Numbered from the stretch's first letter, positions 1 through 8,965 are shown. The stretch is 32,001 bases of DNA from Candidatus Limnocylindrales bacterium (GCA_036758145.1 DAIOXD010000002.1:1-32001), one strand, 5' to 3'. Numbers and translations are program-made. Notes: a model not told the origin generated them from the letters alone.

Positions 1-363
1 CGTGAGGTCGTCGGCGTAGGCCGCCGCCGTCAGCAGGAGCGCGTCGCCGTCCTCGGCGGGGAACCACAGCTTTGCGGCGACGTTGGCGACCGAGCCCTGG
101 GCGAGGGACGGCCGCCCGGACGGGAGTGGCCACTCGACGTGCGCGAGGAGGCCCGAGACAGGCAGCCAGGCGCCGACGAAGCCCGTCTCCGATTCGACGA
201 TGGCGTCGGGATCGTCGACCTCGACCCCTTCGGCGCCGATGGCGAAGGCGTCGTCGGGCGCGAAGCGCAGGACCGTCACCTCGTCGCCCTGCCAACGCGC
301 GGCGTCCAGCGCGACCGGATCGGCGACGACGCGAAGCCCGAGCAGTGGCTCAAGCGCGCGCAC
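1..363 (-). CDS. SoxG-like small subunit (sarcosine oxidase gamma / GcvT-fold family), first 121 codons only; 3' end lies beyond the window start
   Basis: Absent from the ORF track because it runs off the window. The minus-strand frame is open from 363 to 1. GTG at 363-361 is preceded by GGAGGG (376-371) and overlaps the upstream gene's stop (350-352) by 14 nt. Translation VRALEPLLGLRVVADPVALDAARWQGDEVTVLRFAPDDAFAIGAEG...RPSLAQGSVANVAAKLWF has normal composition. By memory it resembles SoxG N-termini, and its position after a SoxA-like gene fits. Confidence 0.4.
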   Translation of the reverse strand, partial: MRALEPLLGLRVVADPVALDAARWQGDEVTVLRFAPDDAFAIGAEGVEVDDPDAIVESETGFVGAWLPVSGLLAHVEWPLPSGRPSLAQGSVANVAAKLWFPAEDGDALLLTAAAYADDLT

Positions 364-2614
364 GGTGGCCCTCCGGGTCGTAGAACGGCGTCGGGGTCAC
401 CACGGCCTCGCGACCGTCGATCTCGACGCGATCGGGGAACGGCGTCCGCCGCAGCCAGCCGAGCATCAAAGCTTTGCCCAGGAGCGGGGAGGTCCAGCTC
501 CCGGTCACGTTCCCGACGACCTCGCCATCGGACCAGATCGGCGATCCCTCGGTCGGCGCCGGCCCGTCCATCGTGAAGCCGAGCCAGCGGCGCTCATCCG
601 GAGACTTGGCGGTCCGTTCGAGTGAACCCCGACCGATGAACCGCGGCTTCTCCATCCGGACCGCCCAGTCCATCCCGAGCCGGCGCGGGGTCGTGTCGAG
701 CTCGGTGTCCATCCCGACGATGACGTGGCCCTTCTCGAGCCGCAGCCCGAACAGCGCCTGGAGACCGTGCGGCCGGATCCCGAGGTCCTGGCCAAGTCCC
801 AGCAGCGCCCGCCAGAGCTCGACCGAGCGATCGACCGGGTGGTGGAGCTCGAAGGCGGCCTCGCCGGTGAACGACAGGCGCATGACGTGGCAGGGCACGC
901 CCGCGACATCGGCATGGACGTGGCCGAGGAAGCGCGGCGGATCGGCGAGTCCGGCACGGGTCAGGAGGGTCCTGGCGAGCGGCCCGGTGACGTTGATCGC
1001 GGCGAGCGACATCGTCCGATCGAGGACATGGACTCGGAGACCCCAGGTGTCGATCCAGTCGCGCACCCACATCTCCGCGTTCGCCGCGCCGCCCGAGGTG
1101 AAAGAGAGCACGAACCGCGTCTCGGACTCGCGCAGGATCATGCCGTCGTCCATGACGTGGCCGCGCTCGTTGAGCAGGAGCGCATATCGCGAGCGGCCCG
1201 GCTTGATGTCGGCGACGTGGCAGGGATAGAGCCGCTCGAGCAGCTCGACGACATCCGGCCCGGAGACGACGAGCTTGCCGAGCGTCGAGACGTCGCCGAT
1301 CGAGACGCCCTCCCGGACCGCCCAGTACTCGGCGACCGCATCGCCGTAATGCCACGGCCGCCACCAGCCACCGAACCGGTCCATCCTCGCGCCTGCCGCC
1401 AGGTGTTCCTCGTGGAGCGGCGTCCGCCGGAAGGCATCGACATAGCCGTCGGCGGCGGCCTCGGCGAGCGTGATCTGGCGGGACGCTGGCCGGGCCGTGA
1501 ACGGGTCCGGCACCTCGCCGGTCCTGGCGGCGATCCACGAGCGGACTTGGGGCAGGCACGCGCCGCCCTGGCACGTCCCGAGACACGCCTGGCTCGCGCG
1601 CTTGAGCAGCTCCAGCTCGGTGAAGCCTCGATCCCAGGCGTCGGCGAGGTCGGCGACGGTCGTGCCCATACAGCCGCAGACCACGCCCTCGGTCGGCGCC
1701 GGGGGGAGCGGCAGGTCGCCGGCCGCCTCGCCGACGACACGAACGGGCACAGCCCCAGCCATCCGCGCCAGCAGATCCCGCGGCGAACGCCCGAGCCCGA
1801 GGATGATGGTGTCGCCGGGCGTGGTCGTCTCGGCTCCGCTGGCGGGATCGGCGGTCACGACGGCCCGGACCCGGCCGGCGTCATCCCCCTCGAACCGGAC
1901 GAGGCGCCCGTCGACCGACGTGGCCGGCACGCCCGCGGGTGACGTCCCGATCGCCACGGCCTCGCCCAGGTCCACGCCAGCGGCCCCGAGGGCCTCGGCC
2001 GCGCGCGACGTGACGAGCCCGGCGAGCCGGTTGCCCGGACAGACCGGGTGGATCTCGGCCGCCCCGGTCGCGACCACGATCTCGTGGGCGTGGACGTGCA
2101 GCATCCCGGTCGCGGTCCGGACCACCAGGAGGGGCCCGGCGTAGACGGCGACGACCTCCTCGCCCGAGCCAGCGTCGAGGATACGGACGGTCTTCCCGTG
2201 ACCTTCGGCCTCGGCCGCCGCGGCTCGCCCACTCGACCCCCCGCCGACCACGGCGACGTCCACCTCGAGATGGCGCAAGTCGACGACCGGCGCGACGGGC
2301 GGCGCGCCCAGGTCGGACATCGCGACGACGGGCAGCGGCGGCATCAAGTCGGCCGGGTGGCGGACGACCCCGAGGCCCGGACGCGCCGACGTCTGGCAGG
2401 TCCGCACGTAGGCGATGCCGTCGACCTGGGCCAGGCAGTTGCCGCAATCGCCGGCGAGGCACAACGTCCCGCCGCGGCCGGGCACCTCGCCCGCGCGCAG
2501 GATCGCGACCGCCACCGAATCGCCGTGCTCGAAGGGGACCGGCCGCCCGTCGACGACGATCCGGCCGGCGATGGACTCGGCGGCGGGGGAAGCGGCCGCC
2601 TCGACCTCGGTCAC
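350..2614 (-). CDS. SoxA-like (sarcosine oxidase alpha family) Fe-S / NAD(FAD)-binding / GcvT folate-binding protein
   Basis: ORF 350..2674 (-). It has a 2Fe-2S type motif CLAGDCGNCLAQVDGIAYVRTC and a dinucleotide fold VAVVGGGSSGRAAA. It also has a BFD-like Cys cluster CGC...CLGTCQGGAC and a C-terminal aminomethyltransferase (GcvT) domain ending PFYDPEGHRARA. I set the start at GTG 2614-2612, which forms a GTGA overlap with the upstream stop 2611-2613. The ATG at 2674 would overlap the upstream gene by 64 nt. Confidence 0.8.
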   Translation of the reverse strand: MTEVEAAASPAAESIAGRIVVDGRPVPFEHGDSVAVAILRAGEVPGRGGTLCLAGDCGNCLAQVDGIAYVRTCQTSARPGLGVVRHPADLMPPLPVVAMSDLGAPPVAPVVDLRHLEVDVAVVGGGSSGRAAAAEAEGHGKTVRILDAGSGEEVVAVYAGPLLVVRTATGMLHVHAHEIVVATGAAEIHPVCPGNRLAGLVTSRAAEALGAAGVDLGEAVAIGTSPAGVPATSVDGRLVRFEGDDAGRVRAVVTADPASGAETTTPGDTIILGLGRSPRDLLARMAGAVPVRVVGEAAGDLPLPPAPTEGVVCGCMGTTVADLADAWDRGFTELELLKRASQACLGTCQGGACLPQVRSWIAARTGEVPDPFTARPASRQITLAEAAADGYVDAFRRTPLHEEHLAAGARMDRFGGWWRPWHYGDAVAEYWAVREGVSIGDVSTLGKLVVSGPDVVELLERLYPCHVADIKPGRSRYALLLNERGHVMDDGMILRESETRFVLSFTSGGAANAEMWVRDWIDTWGLRVHVLDRTMSLAAINVTGPLARTLLTRAGLADPPRFLGHVHADVAGVPCHVMRLSFTGEAAFELHHPVDRSVELWRALLGLGQDLGIRPHGLQALFGLRLEKGHVIVGMDTELDTTPRRLGMDWAVRMEKPRFIGRGSLERTAKSPDERRWLGFTMDGPAPTEGSPIWSDGEVVGNVTGSWTSPLLGKALMLGWLRRTPFPDRVEIDGREAVVTPTPFYDPEGHRARA

Positions 2615-5079
2615 CCGCGCATCCGGGTGCCCTGCGGGTCGAACAGCGGCTCGGGCTGGAGCCGGGCCGGGCATCGCCGCCCGATGATCTCGATCTCGAA
2701 CCCGCTGCCGCCGGGGCCATCGGGCGTCGCCAACTCCGTCGGCACATAGCCGAGCGCGATGGACTCCTTGACGTGGTGCCCGTACCCGCCCGAGGTAACC
2801 CAGCCGACGACCTCCCCTTCGTGCCAGATCGGCTCGTCACCGATGACGTCGGCCGGGTCGTCGGAGTCAGGTTCGACGACGAAGGCCACCAGCCGGCGCT
2901 TCGGATCGCCGGCCGCGAGTTCGGCCTCGTGGGCGGCCCGCCCGATGAAGTCGTGGTCGAGCTTGAGGTAACGCTTGATCCCGCCTTCGAGCGGCGTGTA
3001 GATCGGTCGGTACTCGCGGAACCACGTCCCGTAGCTCTTTTCGAGCCGGAGCGACATCAGGGCGCGCATCCCGAACAGGCGGAGGCCATGCCGCTCCCCG
3101 GCCGCCACGATCCGGTCGAATAGCTCGCGCTGGTACTGCGGGCTGACCCACAGTTCGTAGCCGAGGTCGCCGGCGTAGTTGATGCGGGCCAGGAGGACGG
3201 GCGTCATCCCGAGGTCGACGCGCCGGAAGGTCATGAACGGGAACGCTTCGGTCGAAAGGTCCAGGTCGGGGGCGACGGCCTGCAGGACCTCCCGCGAACG
3301 TGGTCCGGCCACGGACAGCCCGACCAGGCCCAGCCCCAGCACCTCGAACCGGACGGAGCCGTCGGCCGGCAGGTGGTGGCGGAACCAGCGGGAGTGGTGG
3401 ACCTCGGCCGGCAGCGATCCGAACAGGAAGAACTCGTTCCCCTCCGAGGCTCGCGCGACCGTGAACTCCCCGACGACGCGGCCTGCCTCGTTGAGCATCG
3501 CCGTGAGCGTGATCCGGCCCGGCGCCGGCATGCGGGCGGTCAGCAGCGACGACAGCCATGCTTCCGCGCCCTCACCGGTGACCCGGTACTTGGCATAATT
3601 GGAGATCTCGGTCATGCCGACCCGTTCCCGGACCGCGGCGACCTCGCCCGCGACCTGCTCCCAGGCGTTGGACCGGCGGAAGGTCACGTCCTCCTTCGGC
3701 TCGAGACCCGGCTTCTGGAACCAGAGGGCGTGCTCGAGGCCGAAGGTCGCGCCCCAGACCGCGTTCGCATCCGTCAGTCGGTCGTAGATCGGCGTCGTGA
3801 GGAGCGGGCGGGCATCGGGCAGCTCCTCGTTCGGGAACGTGATCCGGAAGCGCCGCCGGTAGTTCTCCTGGACCTTCGCATTCGTGTAGGCGAGCGTCGC
3901 GTAGTCGCCGTAGCGGGCGACATCCATCGCCCAGATATCCATCCCCGAATCGCCGTGGTCGCCGGCGGTCATCCAGGTCGCGAGGGCGAGACCCACGCCG
4001 CCGCCCTGCGACAGCCCGGCCATCACCCCGCAGGCGACCCAGAAGCCGCGCAGGCCTCGGATCGGCCCGACCAACGGGTTCCCGTCCGGCGAGAACGTGA
4101 ACGGGCCGTTGACGACGCGTCGGATCCCGGTCGTGCCCATCGCCGGGTAGTGGCGGAAGGCGACCTGGAGCTCGGGCGTGATGCGGTCCAGGTCGGGCTT
4201 CAGCAGCTGCGACCCGAAATCCCAGGGCGTCTCGCGCGGCGACCACGGGACGCACGCCTGCTCGTAGGTCCCGAGGAGCATCGCCCCGCCCTCCTGGCGG
4301 ATGTAGATCTCGCCCCCGAAGTCGAGCGCCATCGGCATCTCGTGGCCGGTCGCTGCCACATGCGCGGCGACCTCGGGCATGTCCTGGGTGATGAGGTAGA
4401 TGTGCTCCATGGCGAGGACCGGCAGCTCGATGCCGACCATCCGCCCGACCTCGCGCGCCCAGAGGCCGGCGGCATTCACGACGTGCTCGGCATGGATGAC
4501 GTCCCCGCTCTCGACGCGGACGTCCCACGTCCCGTCCGGGCGGTGCGAGAGGCCGACCACCGGCGTGTTCTGGTGGACCTCGGCTCCTGCCAGTTGGGCA
4601 CTCTTGACGTAGGCGCGCGTCACCCCGGTCGGGTCGACGTGGCCCTCGACCGGGTCGTACAGCGCCCCGACGAAATACTGCGGATCCAGCAGCGGGAAGA
4701 GGTCCTGCGCCTCCTTGGCCGAGATGAGCTCGAGGTCCATCCCGAGATACCGCCCGCGCGCCACCGCCATCCGCAGGAAGTCCATCCGGACCTCCGTGTC
4801 GGCAAGCATCAGCCCGCCCGGCAGGTGGATGGAGCAGTCCTGGCCGCTGATCCGCTCGATCTCCTCGTACAGCTTGATCGTGTACTGCTGGAGCTTCGAG
4901 ACGTTCGGGTCGCCATTGAGCGTGTGCATCCCGCCGGCCGCGTGCCAGGTCGAGCCGGCCGTCAGCTCCCGGCGCTCGAGGAGCATGACGTCGGTCCAGC
5001 CCGCCTTCGTCAGGTGGTAGAGGACGCTGGCGCCCACGACGCCTCCGCCGATGACGACGACCTGGGCCGATGACTTCAT
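2611..5079 (-). CDS. Dimethylglycine oxidase/dehydrogenase-like flavoprotein (DAO-type FAD domain fused to GcvT folate-binding domain), 822 aa
   Basis: ORF 2611..5391 (-). The first 104 codons are Arg/Ser/Pro-rich junk that overlaps the upstream gene. The real start is ATG 5079-5077, preceded by GAGGGGAG. It has an N-terminal Rossmann motif VVVIGGGVVGASVLYHL. The motif GSTWHAAGG matches the covalent-flavin His site of the DMGDH/SARDH/DMGO family. The C-terminal GcvT and GcvT_C regions end LFDPQGTRMRG. Confidence 0.85.
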   Translation of the reverse strand: MKSSAQVVVIGGGVVGASVLYHLTKAGWTDVMLLERRELTAGSTWHAAGGMHTLNGDPNVSKLQQYTIKLYEEIERISGQDCSIHLPGGLMLADTEVRMDFLRMAVARGRYLGMDLELISAKEAQDLFPLLDPQYFVGALYDPVEGHVDPTGVTRAYVKSAQLAGAEVHQNTPVVGLSHRPDGTWDVRVESGDVIHAEHVVNAAGLWAREVGRMVGIELPVLAMEHIYLITQDMPEVAAHVAATGHEMPMALDFGGEIYIRQEGGAMLLGTYEQACVPWSPRETPWDFGSQLLKPDLDRITPELQVAFRHYPAMGTTGIRRVVNGPFTFSPDGNPLVGPIRGLRGFWVACGVMAGLSQGGGVGLALATWMTAGDHGDSGMDIWAMDVARYGDYATLAYTNAKVQENYRRRFRITFPNEELPDARPLLTTPIYDRLTDANAVWGATFGLEHALWFQKPGLEPKEDVTFRRSNAWEQVAGEVAAVRERVGMTEISNYAKYRVTGEGAEAWLSSLLTARMPAPGRITLTAMLNEAGRVVGEFTVARASEGNEFFLFGSLPAEVHHSRWFRHHLPADGSVRFEVLGLGLVGLSVAGPRSREVLQAVAPDLDLSTEAFPFMTFRRVDLGMTPVLLARINYAGDLGYELWVSPQYQRELFDRIVAAGERHGLRLFGMRALMSLRLEKSYGTWFREYRPIYTPLEGGIKRYLKLDHDFIGRAAHEAELAAGDPKRRLVAFVVEPDSDDPADVIGDEPIWHEGEVVGWVTSGGYGHHVKESIALGYVPTELATPDGPGGSGFEIEIIGRRCPARLQPEPLFDPQGTRMRG

Positions 5080-5101
5080 GCAGCTCCCCTCGCTGGTCGG
5101 T

Positions 5102-6667
5102 TCAATAGTCGGTCGGGACGCCGCCCTCGGCCACGCGCCGGGCAACGAACGCCTCGAGCTCCTCGGCGATGGCGGGGTCCATGGGCGGCGGCTCGTACGC
5201 CGCGAGCAGTTCCTTCCAGATCCGGTTGGCCTTCTCGGGGACCTGTGGCGAACCGGCCTCTTCCCAGGTCTCGTAGTTGCGCCAGTCGCTGAGCATCGGC
5301 TTGTGGAAGGCGGTCCGGTAGCGCGATTGCGTGTGTTCCGCCCCGAAGAAGTGGCCGCCCGGGCCGACCTCCCGCATCGCGTCGAAGGCAAGGGTCTCGT
5401 CGTCGACCACGACCGGGTCGAGGAATGCCTCGACCATCCCGAGCAGCTCGGCGTCGAGGATCATCTTCTCGTAGCTCGCGTGGAGCCCGCCCTCCATCCA
5501 GCCGGCGCCGTGCATCAGCAGGTTGACGCCGCCCATGATCGCTCCCCACAGCGAGAAGACCGATTCATAGGCCGCCTGGGCGTCGAGCGCGTTGGCCGCG
5601 CAGACATTGGACGATCGATACGGCACGCCGTATCGCCGCGCTAGCTGGCCACCGATCATCGCGGTCCGCATGTATTCGGGCGTCCCGAACGCCGGCGCGC
5701 CCGACTGCATGTCGACATTCGAGGTGAATCCGCCGTAGATGACCGGCGCGCCTGGGTTCACCGCCTGGGTCAGGACCATCCCGGCCAGCGCCTCGGCATT
5801 CTGCTCGGCCAGGGCGCCGGCCAGGGTCACCGGGGCCATCGCGCCCGCGAGCGTGAACGGCGTGATGCAGACGACCTGGTTGTGCGCCGCGAACTCCATG
5901 ATCCCCTGGAGCATCGGTGCATCGAGCCGCAGCGGCGAGCTCGAGTTGACGACGGTGAAGACCGACGGCTCGCGGTCGATCGTGGCGGCGTCGACGCCGC
6001 GCGCGATCCGGACCATCTCGAGGACGTCGACGTTCCGCTGGCGGCCGAGGCTGTAGCAATGGATCGCCTTGTCCATCAGCGTCAGTGCGTCGAACGTCGC
6101 GTAGAGGTGGCGGACGCCGTGGTGCAGGTCGACGGGCTCGACCGGGTAGCCCGACAGGAAATGGATCGCGTTGAGCGACTGGGCCAGGCGCAGGAGGTTC
6201 TGGTAGTCGACTCGGTTGCCGATCCGCCGGCCGCGGTCCAGGTCTGACACATTCGGCGGGCTGCCGACGGTGCCGAAGGCGACCCAGTCACCACCGAGCT
6301 TGACGTCGTAGTCCGGGTTTCGAGCGTGCAGCGTGAAGCTCGCGGGAGCCGTCTTGATCAGGTCGGTGACCATCGCCGGGTCGAATCGGACGCGCTGCGT
6401 ACCCGGCGCGATCTCCGCGCCCGCGACGCGCAGGACCTCGCGCGCGTCGGCGTCGAGGAAGTCCATCCCGATCTCGGACAGGACCCGCAACGACCCCGTG
6501 TGGATCGACTCCAGCTCGTCGGCCGACAGGATCTCGGTCCTCGGGTAGCGCATCCGCGGCTGGGCCCACGGCCGCTGCATGGGCGCCGCGCTCCGGGCGT
6601 GGCCTTCGCGGCCCCCACCCCGCCGTCGGCGGAGTCCCTCGCCCGCGGCCGTGTCCAGATCCGTCAC
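5102..6667 (-). CDS. Trimethylamine methyltransferase (MttB) family protein, non-pyrrolysine class (paralog 1)
   Basis: ORF 5102..6709 (-) is continuous with no in-frame TAG. MttB-family core segments align clearly with the second paralog at 20925-22472: ITPFTLAGAMAPVT, NPGAPVIYGGF, MQSGAPAFGTPE and GAGWMEGGL. I chose GTG 6667-6665 as the start because GGAGG lies 4 nt upstream. This start also gives an N-terminus (VTDLDTAAGEGLRRRRGGGRE) that parallels paralog 2 (MAVPDLEHPAVRRGRAARQ). Alternative starts are GTG 6709 and ATG 6580. Confidence 0.85.
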   Translation of the reverse strand: MTDLDTAAGEGLRRRRGGGREGHARSAAPMQRPWAQPRMRYPRTEILSADELESIHTGSLRVLSEIGMDFLDADAREVLRVAGAEIAPGTQRVRFDPAMVTDLIKTAPASFTLHARNPDYDVKLGGDWVAFGTVGSPPNVSDLDRGRRIGNRVDYQNLLRLAQSLNAIHFLSGYPVEPVDLHHGVRHLYATFDALTLMDKAIHCYSLGRQRNVDVLEMVRIARGVDAATIDREPSVFTVVNSSSPLRLDAPMLQGIMEFAAHNQVVCITPFTLAGAMAPVTLAGALAEQNAEALAGMVLTQAVNPGAPVIYGGFTSNVDMQSGAPAFGTPEYMRTAMIGGQLARRYGVPYRSSNVCAANALDAQAAYESVFSLWGAIMGGVNLLMHGAGWMEGGLHASYEKMILDAELLGMVEAFLDPVVVDDETLAFDAMREVGPGGHFFGAEHTQSRYRTAFHKPMLSDWRNYETWEEAGSPQVPEKANRIWKELLAAYEPPPMDPAIAEELEAFVARRVAEGGVPTDY

Positions 6668-6766
6668 GAGGCCTCCACTGGATGATGATTCGGACGCCAG
6701 GCTCGTCACCCGATGGCGCCCGACGACGACCGACCGAATGCTAGCCGGAAACGCCCGGAGTCGGCC

Positions 6767-8470
6767 CTAGTCCTCGCGCCCGAGCCCCCGGACGTGGTTG
6801 ATGAGGGTCAGGATCAGGTAGACGAGCAGGACGAGCAGTCCCACGTGGACCCAGGCGTAGGGCATCCAGTCCGGCAGGGTCCGGCGTGTGTCATCCGGGA
6901 AGACGAGGACGAGGTAGAGGAGCGCCCCGACGAGCAGGACCGACAACCCGAGCGTCACCGCGCGACGCCGCGCGGTCCGCATCCGCCGGCGCAGGCCGAA
7001 CAGCGATGCCTCCGCCTCGATGATCACCGGCTGCTGGGTCTCGAGGAACTCCATGAATTCGAACGCGCGCTGCAACCGCCCGCTGCCCGCATAAAGCCGG
7101 TCGAGCGTCCGCCGCGGGTCGAGCCATGACACGCCCTGTTGTCGCGTCAGGCGCCGCACGAAGCGGCGCACGTTCTCCGGCAGGTCGTACTCGACCGCGA
7201 GCTGGTGGCGGAGCGTTCCGAGCGTCACCAGCATCTTGAGGTAGGCGACGATGCTCGACGACATCGCCAGCTGCTGATCGCGGATGGTCTCGAGGATGTC
7301 GACGGCGAGCTTCGAATACGGGTTCTCGGTGTGGCGAGCCGGGCCGGGCGCCCCCATCGTCACGCGGGAGCGGTCGGCGACCGTGTCGTACAGGAACGCC
7401 TGGTGGACCCGGATGAGCTGCCAGCGGGCGGCGGCGGTGTCGGTCGCCGGTCCCGGGGCGAGCCAGCGCATCAGCTCTCGAACGGCCGCCTCGACCTCGC
7501 CACGGAACAGGAGCCAGCTATAGCGGGTCAGCGAGTCCCGGACCCGGTCGGGGAGCTGCCCGACGATCCCGAAGTCCACGTATCCGATGGCGTCGTCCTC
7601 GAGCACGAACAGGTTGGCCGGGTGCAGGTCGGCATGGAAATAGCCGAACACGAACACCTGGTTGAGCATGTTCCAGTCGAGGTGGCGCACGATGCGGTCG
7701 AGGTCGTGGCCCTGGGCCGCCAACGTCTCGAGGTAGGCGAGGTTCCCCTCGCGCCGGGCGATCATGACCTCGATGAGCGGGATGCCATCGATGAATTCGG
7801 TGGTGAGGACCCGCGATGTCGTGTAGTCCCGGTAGACACGGGCGATCCGCTCGAGCTTGTCGCCCCGGGAGTGCTGGTAGAGCAGGACGGCCTGGCGCGC
7901 TTCCACGAGATAGTCGAGCTCGTCGGCCGTCCAACGCGCGAACTCGTCGATCACCTCGCGGCTCCTCGTCGCCCCGAACAGGTGGGTCCAGTCGAGGACC
8001 CAGGTCGTCGCGTACATCAGGTCGATGTCGGCCTGGAGGGTTGCGCGGATCCCCGGCCGCTGGACCTTGACCGCGACCGGCTCACCGCTGTGCAGGACCG
8101 CGCGGTGGACCTGGCCGATCGACGCGGCGGCGAAGGAGGCGTGCTCGAACGAGGCGAAGACGGTCTCCGGCTCGTCGCCCAGCTCCTCGCCGATGATCGC
8201 CCGGACCTCCGAGTACGAGAACGGGGCGACCTGGTTGAGGAGCTTGAAGAGCTCGTCGCAATAGGCCGCCGGGAGCAGGTCGAAGCGCAGCGCGAGCATC
8301 TGCCCCAACTTGATCCAGGCGCCGCCGAGTCGCTCGAATGCGACGCGTACCCGGACGGCGCCGCTGCGGCGATCGGACCCGGGAGCGTGGAGCGCGGGCA
8401 GGATGAAGAACGTGACGAAGACGGTGAATACGTGCCAGACCCGGCGTGGATGCCTGAGCAGCGTTCTCAC
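6767..8470 (-). CDS. ABC1/UbiB (AarF) atypical kinase family protein with C-terminal transmembrane helices
   Basis: ORF 6767..8470 (-), GTG start. Motifs seen: KLGQMLALRFDLLP, AAASIGQVHRA, VAVKVQRPG, HADLHPANLFV and YVDFGIVG. The hydrophobic C-terminus is LSVLLVGALLYLVLVF...VHVGLLVLLVYLILTLI. Confidence 0.85.
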   Translation of the reverse strand: MRTLLRHPRRVWHVFTVFVTFFILPALHAPGSDRRSGAVRVRVAFERLGGAWIKLGQMLALRFDLLPAAYCDELFKLLNQVAPFSYSEVRAIIGEELGDEPETVFASFEHASFAAASIGQVHRAVLHSGEPVAVKVQRPGIRATLQADIDLMYATTWVLDWTHLFGATRSREVIDEFARWTADELDYLVEARQAVLLYQHSRGDKLERIARVYRDYTTSRVLTTEFIDGIPLIEVMIARREGNLAYLETLAAQGHDLDRIVRHLDWNMLNQVFVFGYFHADLHPANLFVLEDDAIGYVDFGIVGQLPDRVRDSLTRYSWLLFRGEVEAAVRELMRWLAPGPATDTAAARWQLIRVHQAFLYDTVADRSRVTMGAPGPARHTENPYSKLAVDILETIRDQQLAMSSSIVAYLKMLVTLGTLRHQLAVEYDLPENVRRFVRRLTRQQGVSWLDPRRTLDRLYAGSGRLQRAFEFMEFLETQQPVIIEAEASLFGLRRRMRTARRRAVTLGLSVLLVGALLYLVLVFPDDTRRTLPDWMPYAWVHVGLLVLLVYLILTLINHVRGLGRED

Positions 8471-8527
8471 GCGGTGCGGCCGGGCTCAGCGGTCCCTGGC
8501 CGAGCCGCTGGCGCCGAGCCGAACGGT

Positions 8528-8965
8528 TCAGGAATCCTCGTCATCGAGGGAGACGCGTCGCCGTCGGTTCGGGAGCGAGGTCTCCTCCTCCCACTCGCGA
8601 CCGGCGCGGACGAGGTCCCCGAACGTCCGGCGCGACCATCGATAGAGCAGGGTCATCGCGCCTTCGGCGGCAAGTTGCGTCTCGCGGCCGTAGCGGACGC
8701 CCATCCGGACGCCGTCCTGGATGCGGCTCTCGCCCTCGTCGAAGGCGTCCGATAGTCGTCGCTGCCGCAATCGGCGCGCGTAGTCGTCGCGCTCTTCGGT
8801 GGTCGGCCCGTTCAACCAGGCCTGCCGCCGCCGCTTCTCACGCTCGACCCACGCGTCGATCTCGGCCTGGGTCGGCTCGAGCGCGACGGGGTCGTCGCTC
8901 ATGGCGTCCATCGTGGCGTCCGCCGACGCCTTGTCCGCCGACGCCTTGCCCGCCGGATCAGTCAT
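8528..8965 (-). CDS. Hypothetical protein, 145 aa, charged and probably helical
   Basis: ORF 8528..9109 (-), trimmed to ATG 8965-8963, which is preceded by AGAGGTGG at 5-nt spacing. The composition is protein-like (MTDPAGKASADKASAD...EIDAWVEREKRRRQAWL...). I recognised no family. Confidence 0.5.
   Translation of the reverse strand: MTDPAGKASADKASADATMDAMSDDPVALEPTQAEIDAWVEREKRRRQAWLNGPTTEERDDYARRLRQRRLSDAFDEGESRIQDGVRMGVRYGRETQLAAEGAMTLLYRWSRRTFGDLVRAGREWEEETSLPNRRRRVSLDDEDS

Noticed and set aside
5080-5391. Long N-terminal extensions in the ORF track: 2611-5391, 9284-11626, 10540-13809, 15638-17878, 22537-25512, 24531-26126, 10801-12051, 8528-9109 and 29380-29844.
   Set aside because: The extensions are Arg/Pro-rich and overlap the upstream gene. 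They also precede an internal start that has a Shine-Dalgarno sequence or a 4-nt stop/start overlap, and that matches the conserved family N-terminus.
6620-6632. GC-only palindrome ccgccgtcggcgg in the MttB1 leader or N-terminal region.
   Set aside because: Short GC-only dyads are expected by chance at this base composition. With the GTG 6667 start it also lies inside the coding sequence.
5102-6667. In-frame amber (pyrrolysine) codon in either MttB-family gene.
   Set aside because: Both reading frames are continuous with no internal TAG, so they are non-Pyl family members.
7139-8755. 538-aa plus-strand ORF antisense to the UbiB gene. Similar long antisense or off-frame ORFs: 725-1942 (+), 3373-5073 (+), 12322-14157 (-), 15521-17266 (-), 19315-20928 (+), 20847-22640 (+), 22519-25269 (+).
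   Set aside because: All are extremely rich in Arg, Pro, Gly, Asp and Ala, have no recognisable motifs, and lie opposite or out of frame to genes with clear family signatures. This is the expected artefact of stop-codon-poor 70% GC DNA.
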